This document shows positions 13,081 to 27,694 of a stretch of 64,000 nt of DNA, piece after piece. The notes below the pieces were generated by a model. The model had not been told where the DNA came from, made no database searches, and worked only from the letters and a program-made list of their open reading frames with translations. The position numbers and the translations under genes are program-made. Source of the DNA: Lophium mytilinum (taxonomy: Eukaryota); NCBI GenBank assembly GCA_010093605.1, contig MU004191.1, forward strand, positions 1,224,816 through 1,288,815, read 5' to 3'. Every line of letters starts with the position of its first letter. The first letter of the stretch is position 1.

Positions 13081-14503
13081 TCAATGTTGTTCAACTTTCA
13101 TGTTCGGGCCCATATGGTACATGATTTGCCCTTGTTCGCCCATCATGGGCTGAGGCATCATCTGTTGCATCTCTCCGGGATGGCTAGCGTTTGGAATGTA
13201 CTGCTGGTGCCCTGGGTGGCTCGGATACGGAGGGTATTGGGCTTGCTGTGGTTGCTGAGCCATCTGCACGTTCATGTGTCGACGATACTCTTCGGGATGT
13301 GGGGAGTGGTTTGACGTCGGAGTTCCGTAACCCGCCATGGGCTGCATTGGCTGCTGGGCCATTGGCGCATTTTCCATGGGGTACATTGGCCGTCCGGTCG
13401 CGTCCATCACGTACGAGTACGGCATGTGGGAAGATTCGACCGGGTGGAGTGAGCTGTCTGGAACGCCAGGAACGGCGCCAGGATGCTGGTGCTGGTGGGA
13501 ATGCGCGTGGTCGTTCCATCGAACGGCTTCTGAAGATCCAGAGACTTCTGCGAGGTTCCCTCCCGCTTCAAGAGACGAGGAGACAGAAGGAGGGTAGGAG
13601 GAATGCTGCGCCTGCCACTGGTCGGCTTGCGAAACGGGCTGCTGGTTGGACACAGAATGCACGCTCCTGGCGGTGGATGTTGACGAGGGGCGCGGTTGGC
13701 TAAGCATTTGGATCCTGTCGGTTGGGGACGGGGCGTTTGCAGAGAGCATGTTGTTTTCTGCACTGCCCATCACGTTGCCTAAAATAAGAAATCCTGTCAG
13801 CACTGATTCAACGCGGCTTCTTGCAACTGAAATGGAGCTACCGTGTAAACTTCAGGAAAAGCAAAACTCGAGCGAACATGAGGGGAACGGTGGAAAAGGG
13901 AGTCTGTGGGTCGCGGAAGCCGTGCCCTGGGAGCCAAAAAAGCAAGAAAGACAGCCACAGGCGTTGAAATGAGGGATAGTGGGGATTCGATAGGGATTGG
14001 ATCTGCACTCGCAACAACGCACCTCCAGATGAATCTGCGCAGCCCAGAGAAGCGAGGGCATGGCTCAGCCGCGTCCGCAGCACGGCGTTCTCGTTCTCTA
14101 GCTCCTCGTTCCGCCGTAGGATCTCGGTGAGCCTCGAGGTGCTGCCGGTGTCCTGCTGGGACGAGAGCTCGGCAATCCGGCGCTCGAGAGATTCGATGTG
14201 GTCCTTGGTCCGCTGGCGGATGGCGCGCTGGGCCTCGCGGTCGTTGGCGCGCTTGCGTTCTAGCTGGGCGGCGGTGAGAGTGGTGACGCTACGGGTGCCT
14301 GCCCTCGAGGGCCGACGCTTCGCCCCGGCCATACTCGAGGACTTCCTGCTGTCGGAGCCGGAGGAGTAGCCCTCGTGGGAGGGCGACTTCTTCATGCTCG
14401 CCATATGCGGCGAGGCGATGTAGCTGTTCGTACTCATCGGGCTTAGGGGGTAGGCGTGGCGGTAGTCGATGGGGGTAGAGCCGAGATGTCTGAGGGAAGT
14501 CAT
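13081..14503 (-). CDS. bZIP transcription factor
   Basis: Basic region ERKRANDREAQRAIRQRTKDHIESLERRIAEL with zipper. Intron 13779-14022. Gln/Pro/Met-rich C-terminal exon. Confidence 0.88.
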
Positions 14504-14818
14504 GGAGGTTCGCGAGAGGGGCGGTGACGGGCAGCCAGCAAGATATGTCAGCGTGGGAGTGGGAGAGTGGGCAGCAACAATAACAGTGCACGGCGAAATC
14601 AAGATGACGACGAGAGCAGTGACGGGGGATGAGGCAGGGTCTCTGCACGGGGAGCGGTGTGGTGCGTGGACTTGGGCCAGCAGGCAGCGCGCTGGGACGG
14701 TTGATGAAGGAAATTGAGTGGCCTCGGGGTGGGTTCGTCAACGAGGCGCGCAGCAGGGCCTCGCAGTCTAATACCCATCAGGTGAGGCCAGGAGAGAGGC
14801 TGCTGGTGGGCCGGTGCC

Positions 14819-14853
14819 GCCATCAGGGAGCCATCAGGGAGCCATCAGGGAGC
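14819..14853 (+). repeat. 11-bp tandem repeat (GCCATCAGGGA) x3
   Basis: Directly visible. Confidence 0.9.
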
Positions 14854-15959
14854 ATGCCACACTGCTACTCCCACCTGCATGGCCGCCATGGGTACCACTC
14901 TCTGCAGGGCCGCGTGCAGACGCCGCGGTCGGACCGCAAGCCGCCCAGTCCTCGAGTGCAGCATGCAGCGTGGCCGAACGTTGGAGAGCGTGGCCAGCCA
15001 AGCGTCTCCGGCATACCGGTACACACGTGCGTTGCGGGGAAGGGGCCTCGTGGTTTCACCTTCAAACTTTGGAGACGAGCAGGCTCAGCGTGGCCAGTGT
15101 GCCCTCTGCCCTCTCATCCTCGCCGCCCAACGCCGGCATCCTCACAGCTGCCGACCCCCCGTTCATACGCCGACCACACTGCTGCCCGTCGCCCGACTGT
15201 CTGTGTGAGTGCTGCCCCATCTACTACGGCACCAGCCGGCTGCGACAGGCTCCCCAACGGCCGTCGTACTGCCCGTGGTGCTGCCGTGCTGCTGCCCATA
15301 GTGCCCAGCGGCGATGCCGTGTCGAGAGATGAAGAACATCGCATCGCGGCGAGAACGCCGTCATCGGCACGCCCTGGACCCAGCACCCCCGGCCATGGAA
15401 GCGAGGGAAGTGCTTCCACCGACGTGGGACATCCCGGCACCCACACCAGTGACACCAATAACCACAGGCCACCACCACGATCAAGGCGTCGGCCTTATCA
15501 TGCTGCCTGCCTTCGCGAGCCGCTGTCTGTCGGTCGGCAGTAGCCCTTCAGCTGGCTCGGCGGCAGAGCTACGGGCGTGCGTGGCGCAATCCCACAGCAT
15601 CCTCAGCGTTGTTCCGTGTTCGACGACAGCTTCTGCGCTTCTGCGCGCGCAGGTGCTGGTCCCGGGTCTGTGCCGGCCGGCCGCGAGAATTTCCATGCGT
15701 GCTTAGCGCAGCGCTTTGGGGACTTCTGCCGCCCTCGGAACCAACCACCACCGGTCCACGCACGTGGAGCGCCAGGGGCAGGCCCAGTCCGCCAAACTCT
15801 GTAAAGCGGGGCCATCTCAGAATATTCTACGCCCACTCGACAGCCACCAGGGGCCACGCCCTGTCGTCCGCTTGCTCGCGTGTTGCGCCGTCGGTGCGCC
15901 TTGGGGGACGGCCTCGCTGCATCTCCCGACTCTGGTGTCCGGCATATGGCGCCCTGCTT

Positions 15960-16043
15960 TTCTAGTCGGCCCTCGAGGCATTCCAGTCGGCCCTCGCTGC
16001 ATTCTAGTCGGTCCTCGCTGCCTTCTAGTCGGCCCTCGTCGCA
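15960..16043 (+). repeat. 21-bp tandem repeat x4 (TTCTAGTCGGCCCTCG core)
   Basis: Units start at 15960, 15981, 16002 and 16023. Confidence 0.92.
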
Positions 16044-17522
16044 TTAAATGACGGTAGGCGCCGTTGTCGTCGACGTCGACGACAAAGGAGGCGCTGGGGG
16101 ATGCGTCCAAGGCACTGCAGGGGCGCAATATGGCGCAACTATCTGTACCAGGTCTACCAGGAGCGCCGGTGGACTGCTCCCTGTGGTGGCCCTGTATACG
16201 GAACATTCCTGGCATTGTTGCTTGATTGGGAATCTCGCTTCAAGCGCGCCTACGCCGCTTCAGGCAGTCATCCCTACGGCCCGCTGCGCTATATCGTCGC
16301 TCTGCAGGCGACGAGAAGGGTCAGCCCTCGTGGAAACATTCGCGCTGCACACCCATTCGGCCTCCCCTCGCAGGGCTGCTCCAATCCCAGTTCATCCGCG
16401 CACAGGCATTTGCTGGCTTGCTGAAAGTTTAAAACATCAAATCGCGGACTGACATCAGCAGAAATTCGACCGGAACGCCCCCAACCTAACCAGGCTGCCT
16501 GCTCGCTGCCACAGCGTCGCTAATAAGGTTTTCAAGCCCCTCACGCAAAGCATTGCACGTTGTGCATTCCCGTTCGTCCGCCGTAGGCTGCTCGTCGAGG
16601 ACCTGGAGGATGTGCAGCAGGCTTGGGAGCCGCATGAGGGGCTTGAGGGGCAAGTGGACACACGGGGGAGTGATGCGGATGGGATCGGAGACGGGACAAG
16701 CCCCGACCGGACGCCGCGCTGGCCTTGTGGCCCTGTCATGCACCCAGCGATGGCGGTTCTTTTGCTTTTGACGGGAGGCTTGCGATGACTTGGGACGGCT
16801 CGTGGAGGTGATGGAGTGGTGCTGGACCGTTCGGGCAAAGGTTGTGCCTCCGCGATCTCATCAGAGGCACGACGTCTGGTTCGGGTCAAGTCCGCCGCTT
16901 TAGAACCCGAGGAAGAGGACATCCCCACGCCCAATCACCCAGCGTAAGCGCCCTATTCCTAAGAGGCGATCACGCCGCTAGCTTGGTGTCAGTCGCCGTC
17001 GCTTGCTGTTCTAGTCCCTGCACGCGCGCTCATCCCACCAAATTTCAAAACTCCTAGGGTTCGCCAGAAGTAGTATTGACGATAGACAGATGAGATATTG
17101 GCCGATAGCACTTGCCACTCTTTGCACCGTCCGACCGTCCGCACTGAGAATTCAGCAGACAGACTTTGATCGTGCGTCCGGGGTGCCCGCCAGCCGTCTT
17201 CCGCCACCGCAGAATCCTTCGGTTGCCCTGGTTGGAGACGGGAACGGGACAGAGAAAACCTTCGACGCAGTGTGGCACGCATGAAGACGGTGAGAGACGC
17301 CCGCGTATAGGTTGCAGACTTCGGCCAAATTGTTGCAGATTTCGACCTCGGCATTGACCGAGATAGACCGAATCTCCACCGCACACAGAGTTATGACCGG
17401 TGAAAGGGCGCCATTTTGTACTGGAGGTTGCATAAGCCGTTCTCCCATGCTTCTGGGATGCACCTAATGATCGTGAGCATGTGAAGCAAGTCTAGCAGAG
17501 TTCTGTATCAATCGGTATCACT

Positions 17523-17570
17523 GCGGACATCAAACGCCGCACCACGGCGGACATCAAAGACCGCACCACC
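17523..17570 (+). repeat. 24-bp tandem duplication (GCGGACATCAAA..CCGCACCAC.)
   Basis: Two near-identical adjacent units. Confidence 0.85.
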
Positions 17571-18905
17571 ACGGCTACCATTCGTGGAACATCTAAGCAA
17601 AGCTTTTTCAGCGTCGTCACCGCGCGCAAAACGCATGGTCTGGCACGAGAGCGGTGTGGCTGGCGGCCAGCAGAGCACACACACCTCGAGGCAACTGGTG
17701 CTTGCTCGGCGAAGGCCGCTAAACGGCCGTAGAAGCTTGGAAGACGCTCAAGTGGCCTAAGGCACGTCAGCCGCGAGCCGTGCGGGACCTGGGGTACTGC
17801 TGCGAGCGACGTCGCGACGCGCACCACGTCCCTTCGGATCGTGAGGCCGCTTCAGGCACTGCATTGCGATCCGCGACTGGGCCAATAGTTCGCCATAGCA
17901 ACCACATGGAGCTGCAGAGAATGAAAATGAGGCGTACGAGGATACGAGGCGCGCTGATGAACCGCGGATGGCGATCGAGGGGTCTGACAGTTTGATGCTG
18001 TGGGGGGCATACCCCGTCGGCGCGTATAGTCCGTCGGAATAGGTGTGATGGTGGTGAGCAATTTTCAGCAAAAGTTCGCGATGCTACTGCGGGCGATCGT
18101 CCAACCACGAGGCTGCACGCAGTAGCGGCCGTGCTGAGACCGTGAGAACTTCTCGAAGCTTGCATCATGCAGGCGGAGCTGTTTCTGGATAGCCAGCTGT
18201 GTGGCGGTAGGCTAGCAGCACGATGCGCCCATGGGCGTTGAAACACGGAGGGGGTCGGCTAGATTGGCGGCCACGAGGCGCATCCCAATCCTGAAACCGG
18301 GGGACGATTGCGCTGACACAATAGACTTTGCGCCCACCCTCCCTTGCCATGAGTCGTCCCACCACAAACGCCTGCTGTTAGCTTTCACAGAAGATGAAGG
18401 GGTGTGTGCCTCGCAATGGTGCCTAATCCAGCCTAAGCGTTAGGGCTCCCTCGTGGCGTCCCGGACCCGCGACCGCGCTAAAACATTGCACATCAAAAGG
18501 GATGTTGGATGCCGTCATGTCAGTGGCCAGCGGCCTCATGCACCGAAAAATTGCTTGCCGTCGGTCATTCGGGAAACGGGAAATCCCGTAGGCCTAACAG
18601 CGAATCACCCGGCGTGCCAAGTGCGTGTCTAAACAGATCCATATGGCCTCGTTGGTAGTCGACTATCTAGCGCCGATTCCAAATTCAACACCAAGATGGG
18701 CAATCTCGTCCTCGATGCCCAGCCCAGATCTCGGTAAAAGCCCTGATAACATCGAAGACTCGTCGAACAATGCAGGAACATTCCCCGCTAGCCCGGGGAG
18801 CCACACGCTCTGCATTGATGACGCCGACGTCGGGAGCTGAGGAAGGTGGCGGACACTACGCCGGCTAGCAGACTACATTTCATGTACGACCGTCCGACTC
18901 ACCGC

Positions 18906-20688
<1,783 letters not shown>

Positions 20689-21735
20689 TTTGATTCCGGT
20701 GAAATCTGGCAGGTCTGGGGGAAGTGGGACAAGTGTTTCAAGGGCAACAGGTGAAGTGACGGGAGCAATGAGGCATGCTGATGTTCAAATAGTCGCAGCG
20801 ATGTTCCTTTCTGGGCCCCCGGAGGACGACCTCCCGCGGCTGTTCAAGTACAGGCGTCGCAGCATCGAGACGTGCGGGTGGTTAGCATCAAACTATAGAG
20901 ACGCCGCACGAGGACGAAGTGCTCAATGGCAAGCAGGCGGTTGAACGTCGGTCTCTTAATCAGACGGGATGAGGCTTGGTGTCGCATTCTGCCAGAGCGC
21001 GATGGCGGATGGGACGGGCGGTGGAAGGAAGCGCGGGCCGTGATAGCAGCTCGGTGGGACATGGACTGGAAACATTGCGAGTGGGGTGGTGGGGTGAGGG
21101 CTCCCGGTCACCGTACTTCGTGCCTAGGTATGTACAATGTTTTAGCTGGAACGCGCATCCTGGGCCTGTATCGGCTTTTGCTCCTTCGGCTTATGACAGA
21201 ACAACCGACAATGGCTATTGAGGCTGTGATCGACATCGGTGAGCGTTGGCGGGGATGTACGAAAAGTGGTGGCAGTCGGAAACGTTGGCTACCTTCAGAA
21301 CGTCTGAACATGCACCGAAAACGCCCCGATCGCCTGCAAACTCCGCAAGTCGCCTCAGCATGCATCAAGAGCAGCTGATCATTAGCTGTTCGGCTCGAAG
21401 CTACATGGTGCGGTATTGAACTGCATTTTCTGCAGTGTGAAGGCGACCCAATGCACCAGCATTTCAAAAAGCTCCGCAGAGCAAATCACTGGGAGTACCC
21501 AGGTAGCCGGCAGTGCTAGCGGGCACTATACTCGTTTGAGAAACGGATGCGCGCTTCCCCAAACGAACTCTGTCCGCGACTTCATGCCGCTCCCTCCGCG
21601 CGACCATCCCGCATTGTGCAGTGTACAGTTCTGTATATAATGCCTTACCGTATAGACCGCCTTGCTGTATCCGCGCGGGATTGACACGCTATCCCTCTCT
21701 CGGTTTCCTCCGCTGGTGTCATGCATAAGGTAACC

Positions 21736-23349
21736 ATGCAATCCGCTTTGAGAGCCTCCCGACCCGTCGTCACCAGAGCGCTCGCAGTAATGAACGCACG
21801 GGCAGTTGCAACCCAGGCTCAGAAGAGGGCCGGCGACATCTCCGATGCCTTTGTCTCACTCTCTGGGCAGCAATTCACCCCACTCGCTCCGGAATACGCC
21901 CATCTCAAAGGCCGCCTCATCAAGGGTCATGAAGAAGCGCTGCGTCGCTCTTGGGAACGCTTACTGCGAGATCTACGCCAAGAAATCCCAAGCATTCTGG
22001 AGCTTGGCTCGAAAGTCATTCCCGAAATTGACTTCAAAGACATTGGCAATGCCTCAGAAACCTTCAAGCAAGAGCATAGGAAACGTGGTGTGGCTGTGAT
22101 TAGGGGTGTAGTTCCAGAGAAGGAGGCTCTGCAATGGAAGGAAGACTTGCGGGACTACATTGCACGAAACCCACATACGAAGGGTGCGTATATTCATTCT
22201 CAATCTTGTGTAGAGCATGTCTCAAACATCAGCATCAATTAGCCAAATATGTGACTAAGATTCCCCACAGCTTTTCCCCCTGAAAAGCCTCAAGTGTTCG
22301 AGCTCTACTGGTCACCAACCCAATTGCGTGCCCGTGCTCACCCAAATCTTCTCGAAACCCATCGTTTCTTGATGTCATTTTGGAAGAGCAAGGACCCCGC
22401 AGCTGCAATTTCGACTTCCAGCCCAACCAGCTACGCTGACCGCCTCCGTATGCGTCTCCCCGGGGACGCCAAGTTCGCTCTCGGGCCCCATGTCGATGGA
22501 GGGAGCGTCGAGCGCTGGGATGAGCAAGGCTACGGGCGCGGCAGCGTATACGACTCCGTCTGGAGTGGGGAATGGGAGAAGTTTGACCCCTGGGAGTCGA
22601 GCTGCCGATTGCCCGTTGTCTCTGATCTGCATTCGGGCGTCGGTTCGTGCAGCATGTTCCGAATGTATCAGGGTTGGCTATCCATGTCAACGTGTGGGCC
22701 GTTCGAAGGCACCTTGCTGGTCAATCCACTCCTGGCAAAGGCCACAGCGTACTACCTTCTACGACCGTTCTTCTCTCCCCGAAAGGGCGTGGAGCTCGGT
22801 GCGCAGACGGCGACCGAGAATGTGACAGCATCCTCGGAGTTCCTCGCCTCGGATAACTGGGTTCTTGACCCGACACCGTCGTCGTGGCTGCAAGGTGCCA
22901 CCCCAGGCCATGGTCAGGAGCTATCGCCGCTGTTGCATCCTCACCTCGACCTCAACCATACCATGGTGCACATGCCGACCGTGCGGCCAGGTGACTATGT
23001 GGCCTGGCATTGCGACACCATCCATGCAGTGGACAAGATCCATGCGGGCACTTCAGACTCCAGTGTTCTCTATATACCCGCTTGTCCATTGACGGAGGAG
23101 AATGCGAAGTATCTGGCCCGACAGCGCGATACGTTCGTCAAAGGTGAGCCTTCACCAGACTTTGGAGGCGGTGAGGGAGAGAGTAAAAATGTGGGCCGGA
23201 TATGGCCTGAACATATGGAGACCCTAGTTGGGGAGGAAGGGTGCAGGGCGATGGGCTTGAAAGAGTGGGATAGCAGCGCAGAAGGGCTAAGTGCTGGGGA
23301 GAGAGAGGTAATGGATCGGGCTAACAAGGCTCTGGGCTTCTACACGTAG
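21736..23349 (+). CDS. DUF1479 (Gig2/YbiU-like) putative Fe(II) oxygenase
   Basis: GDISDAFVSLSG, YWSPTQLRARAHP, LGPHVDGGSVERW, VAWHCDTIHAVD. Intron about 22184-22270. Arg/Ala-rich N-terminus could be a mitochondrial presequence. Alternative ATG at 21721. Confidence 0.85.
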
Positions 23350-23573
23350 TTCTTCTGAACACCAAAAGTTGATTCACTTAATATAGGAACTGTGCTAGCA
23401 AAACAGAACGATCATGCGTCATGCAAGAAGACTTGAGATATAAGCTTCATTTTGTACACGATTGCTATCAAACCATTTCCTGACATAAAGACAACATGCG
23501 TTTTAACACCGTGTAAATCCCCGGAGGCTATGCAAAGGCTTTTAGGAAGAGACACAGTAGGCCGGATCGTAGC

Positions 23574-26246
23574 TTAGACAACTGTTCCTCGGCTAACTGT
23601 CCTCTCCATCCGTATCTGGGCGTCCTCCTCCTCTGCCTGATGTAGTCCTTCTCCAGGCAAAAGGACTGCCTTGTCAATCGCGACAGGTAATCCCCTGTGT
23701 CTCCCTCTAATCATGACAGCACAAAGGATAAGTTTGCTGAGTGTATGCCAGCTGCCGCAGAAACTATACGCCTCGTTCGGCAAGCCGACAGAAATACCCA
23801 CACAGCCATAGCCCGAGACGACTTCAAAAATGACATTGAAGACGCTGAATGTAGCCGGATTCCGCTCGAACTGGGAGCCCTCGACGATCATGATGAGGAA
23901 AATAGCGAGTACGATCCACCACGCATCGTGCGCGAGCTGGGCGCGGAGTTGCTGTCGGACGAAGTATGAGGTTTTTTGCTCCCATGGTTTACCGGTTATG
24001 GTACGGCGAAGCTTGCTGAAGAACGATGAGGACTCGTTAGCAGGGGCGTATCCAGGGTCGTCGGAGTAGATGCCCAGGCTGCGCTCTTCATATACTGCAG
24101 CCAGAATTAGTGGGTTGTCTTCCGCATGTTTGAAGGGAGATGAAGCGCTCACCATTGGAGTTTCGCATCGTAATTACAACTGGGTACACACTTATGTACA
24201 TCATCTGTATCAATTAGCGGCGCCAGCCATTTTATGCAGAATACCTCTTACCACAACGTAAAGAACCTGTAAACTGATTCGGACGTTCGGGATAGGTACG
24301 ACGTAGAAGCCCCCGCTGCGAACTGCGAGGGCCTGGAAGAGCCCGTCGATGACCTCCATGCCAGCTGGGAGTGAAGTAATGGCGTCATTGCCAATCTATG
24401 GATCGTTGGTATTAGTTCTAGAGATCCTCTTCGCAGTGTAAACACGCCGACCACGACGCCCGCAGCTTATGTACGGCTTCGTGGCAAAACCTAAGTATGA
24501 CTTACATTCAAAACTTCAAAAGCGAGCCAATCTATCCCATTCAACGCGACGACGGAGACGAGCAACCACCAAGTGTGTTGCGAAGGAAAAAGATTCGTGT
24601 AGCACCTTCTTGGATGATCCAATAGGAATTTCAATGTTTTGCGGGTCTCGCTCCAGCTCTCACCGTTCGGGACAAGTTTGTAAAATACCCATACAATCAA
24701 TCGGAGGAAGATCGGATAGCAGGTATTCCCCGCTAGAATGAGAAGACCCATCGTTATAAGCATGTAGATCGATGTTTGGAAGGCGACCATATTTGCATCA
24801 AGCAAGCTCATTCCCGAGTTGTTGAAAGCAGACACTGCGTTGAAACTACCCACCCACCATGGATTCAGTCCGTTCCTTTCGGTCACGCTAGCTTTGTTGT
24901 GGGCTACATAAGCACCAATGCCCAAACAACCAAGGAGCTGGAACAAGACGAAGTACAGAGGCACCACCCAAGACAAAAGTCGAATTGCTCGGTACTCGCA
25001 GCCGCCTAGGTGGTCTCTCTGTGCTTCGCTGAGCCCATGAAATTGGGAGTTACGCGATACGCTGCCAGAAGCTGTGAATGGGATGTATTTTCTTGCTCGT
25101 AATCCGAATGGTTCTGGAACGACTTCTGGGCGCACGCCTGTTTGAGAATTCGATCTTAATTTGATGCTGGCGTCCGAATGAGCGCCCACACCCTGCATGG
25201 ACAAGATGCGGTGATGTCGTGCTGTGCCTGAGTCCGAAGGAAACGTTCTGAAAAGCGTATCAGGCCTGAACGAAATATGATCAGGAGAGGCATCATCCGT
25301 GGATCCATATTCAAAAGTGGAGGGCGAATTCACCCCGGATTGCCTCCGAAATAAAGTAGTAGGGACAGAACTGCCGCTCTGGTCTACGCCAGTATCACTC
25401 GCAATCGCAGGCAATTTGGAGGTCTCCGCCGCTGGCTGAACCGATCCGGGCTGACTTTCCACTGCTGAGGAGCGCCCAGTCAAACCGGTCTGCGTTGCTG
25501 AAGGTTTATCCTGTATTTGTGGGCTCAGCCCATCCCTATCAGGCTGAAAGTTTGAGTCCGTCTCCAGCGCACTCAAGTTATCCAATGCGCCGGAGGCCTT
25601 TTCTTGTGTGATTGAATCCTCATCTTCCGTAGTCGGTATACTCTTCCCTGTAACACCAATTCTATTATCGGATCGTGCGAAGCTCATCGATAAACGTCGG
25701 ACCAGTGATTTTGACCTGCTGTGACCCGAGTTCTTTGCCCTTTCACGTCTCTGCCGATCCCTTTCGACTACTACTGCAAATTTATGTTCAAACGCTCTCT
25801 TCCGTACATGGACTACGAACGCAGATACGAATATGGCAGAACCAAGCATTATCAGGAAGAAGAGCTCAATTTGCTGGAAGGTGTTCAATGTGGAGAGGTT
25901 GACCGTGTTCAGACCCCTGGAGAGTGTCAGCAAGCACAGGATGAGTTCATAGATGGACAAGAAAGCATAGTTGACGTACGCTAAGGTCATAGCACTAACA
26001 CACAGGAACAGCGCGTCGATGAACCTCACACTCTTCGAAGGTGTTGAAGCGCCCCAGAATATGAGGGCGGACAGTAGGCATGTTCCAACAAAACTGTGAG
26101 GAACAGAAATCAGTTAAGTCAGGGTCGCCGGAAGCCTGGACAGCTTACTATATGTAGTGTATCGTGATGAAGTTGATAGGAGGCAGATTTCGACGGACGG
26201 TGCGAGTGACTCGGCGAAGAACTGACGGCGATCTGATCCACGCCAT
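23574..26246 (-). CDS. Trk/HKT-family potassium transporter
   Basis: NFITIHY, DALFLCVSAMTLA/GLNTVNLS, SAFNNSGMSL, FEVVSGYGCVGISVG, RGRHRGLP. Several introns. Confidence 0.92.
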
Positions 26247-27183
26247 GCCGGCTGGGACTTCGAATACTTCGGAGAGGTCGAGTATGTAAGGAAGTACTGA
26301 GGCGTCTAGGGACTGCCGGGGCCGAAGAGGTAGGGGAATGAGCGCAGAGATGCGCAAGGTATAGCGGGCTTGCGTTTGCGATGCGGCAGATCGTAGCTCA
26401 TGGTTGCAGCATTGCCGGTTCTATGTTGAGGTCGATGAAGAAGGGCGAGTGATTCGTTTCGTGACAAAGGTACGTCGACGATGTGGCTAGAGCAACAGCT
26501 CCCATGCGATGCGACTACTGCAGGAAAGTCGGATCAAGCCAAGAGGGGCTCGTTGTAGGCTGGACAACTATCAGGTAGAAACAAGCCATGTTGGGGCTCA
26601 GAAAAGATGATGTTGGACTAATAATTCCAGGTACCGCAGTGGGTCAAGCCAGGTTCGGCAGTCGGGACGTGCGGTATTCTGCATGGTGTCACTGATATTC
26701 AAATGAACCTTACCCCTACGGATGTACGTTCGCGATATTACAAGAGCAATACCTATTCACGTCGGTCACTTCTCAAATAACAGTCTTTCATGAAGGCACG
26801 GGACATCGAGTGAGTTTGAAGCAGTGGTAGAATAGCCTCGCCACATAGAATCAATAAAGCCCCATCTTTTCCCCCAGGAAGCTCAGTGCACGCTGTGTTT
26901 CGACCTCTAATCCTGCTCCTCGTCCCAAAATACTGGCTGAAGTCATTAGCTGTTTGCTTTGATACGGCATGATCACACTATGTAAGTGTAGTATATGCGG
27001 GGGGGTGTCGATGAATACTGATCTAGAGGAATATGTCGTATTCATGACGCACACTAGGCTAGTTGTGTAGTTATGGTCATACAAAAGGTTTCCTGTCAAA
27101 GGGCTCTTCAGAATTTTGCTCTGTACCAAACCCTTCTGCCAGAACTCTCGAAATTATCATCACCAAACATCAATCAAAACACA

Positions 27184-27585
27184 ATGGCCCCGACAGACCC
27201 ACATCAGGGTGGCTCGTTGAGCGATATGGCTGTGGATGGCACCAAGATTCCTAACGACGCCGGAGTTCAACGCCTCATTCCTTCAGTCCCTCGGCCAGAC
27301 CAGCAAGATCCAGGCAACGAGTTCAGCCACACAAATCCTGCCTCTGCTGTCGACAATGCTACAGATATTCCCCGTGGGCCACGAGACCAAGGGGAGACGG
27401 CAGAGGTGATCACCGGAACTGGCGATCAGCTTCCTTCATCGGTAGAGAAAAAGAACCTAGATGATGCGGGAATGGACCCAAGAGCCAAGGGGCATGATCG
27501 ATATGCCAAGCATGCAAAACAAAGGAATACGTTCGATTTGGCCGATGATGGCATAGAGGATGTGCCTGGCCTAGATAGGCGTTGA
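27184..27585 (+). CDS. Small hydrophilic hypothetical protein
   Basis: ACAATGG start, 133-aa hydrophilic ORF, TATA-like element and CA-rich leader upstream. Confidence 0.65.
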   Translation: MAPTDPHQGGSLSDMAVDGTKIPNDAGVQRLIPSVPRPDQQDPGNEFSHTNPASAVDNATDIPRGPRDQGETAEVITGTGDQLPSSVEKKNLDDAGMDPRAKGHDRYAKHAKQRNTFDLADDGIEDVPGLDRR

Positions 27586-27694
27586 ACCTAGTCTGCTAGG
27601 TCTCACATCGCTTTATGTATCTTAGCACATACAATCCAGTCTCTCTCGAAATTGACATGAGTTTTCGTTGAGGTAAAATGTTTAGCCTTCGTAT

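Noticed and set aside
14629..18443. Many overlapping ORFs, including 304 aa
   Set aside because: Open in several frames on both strands with Arg/Pro/Ala-rich composition expected from GC-rich non-coding DNA.
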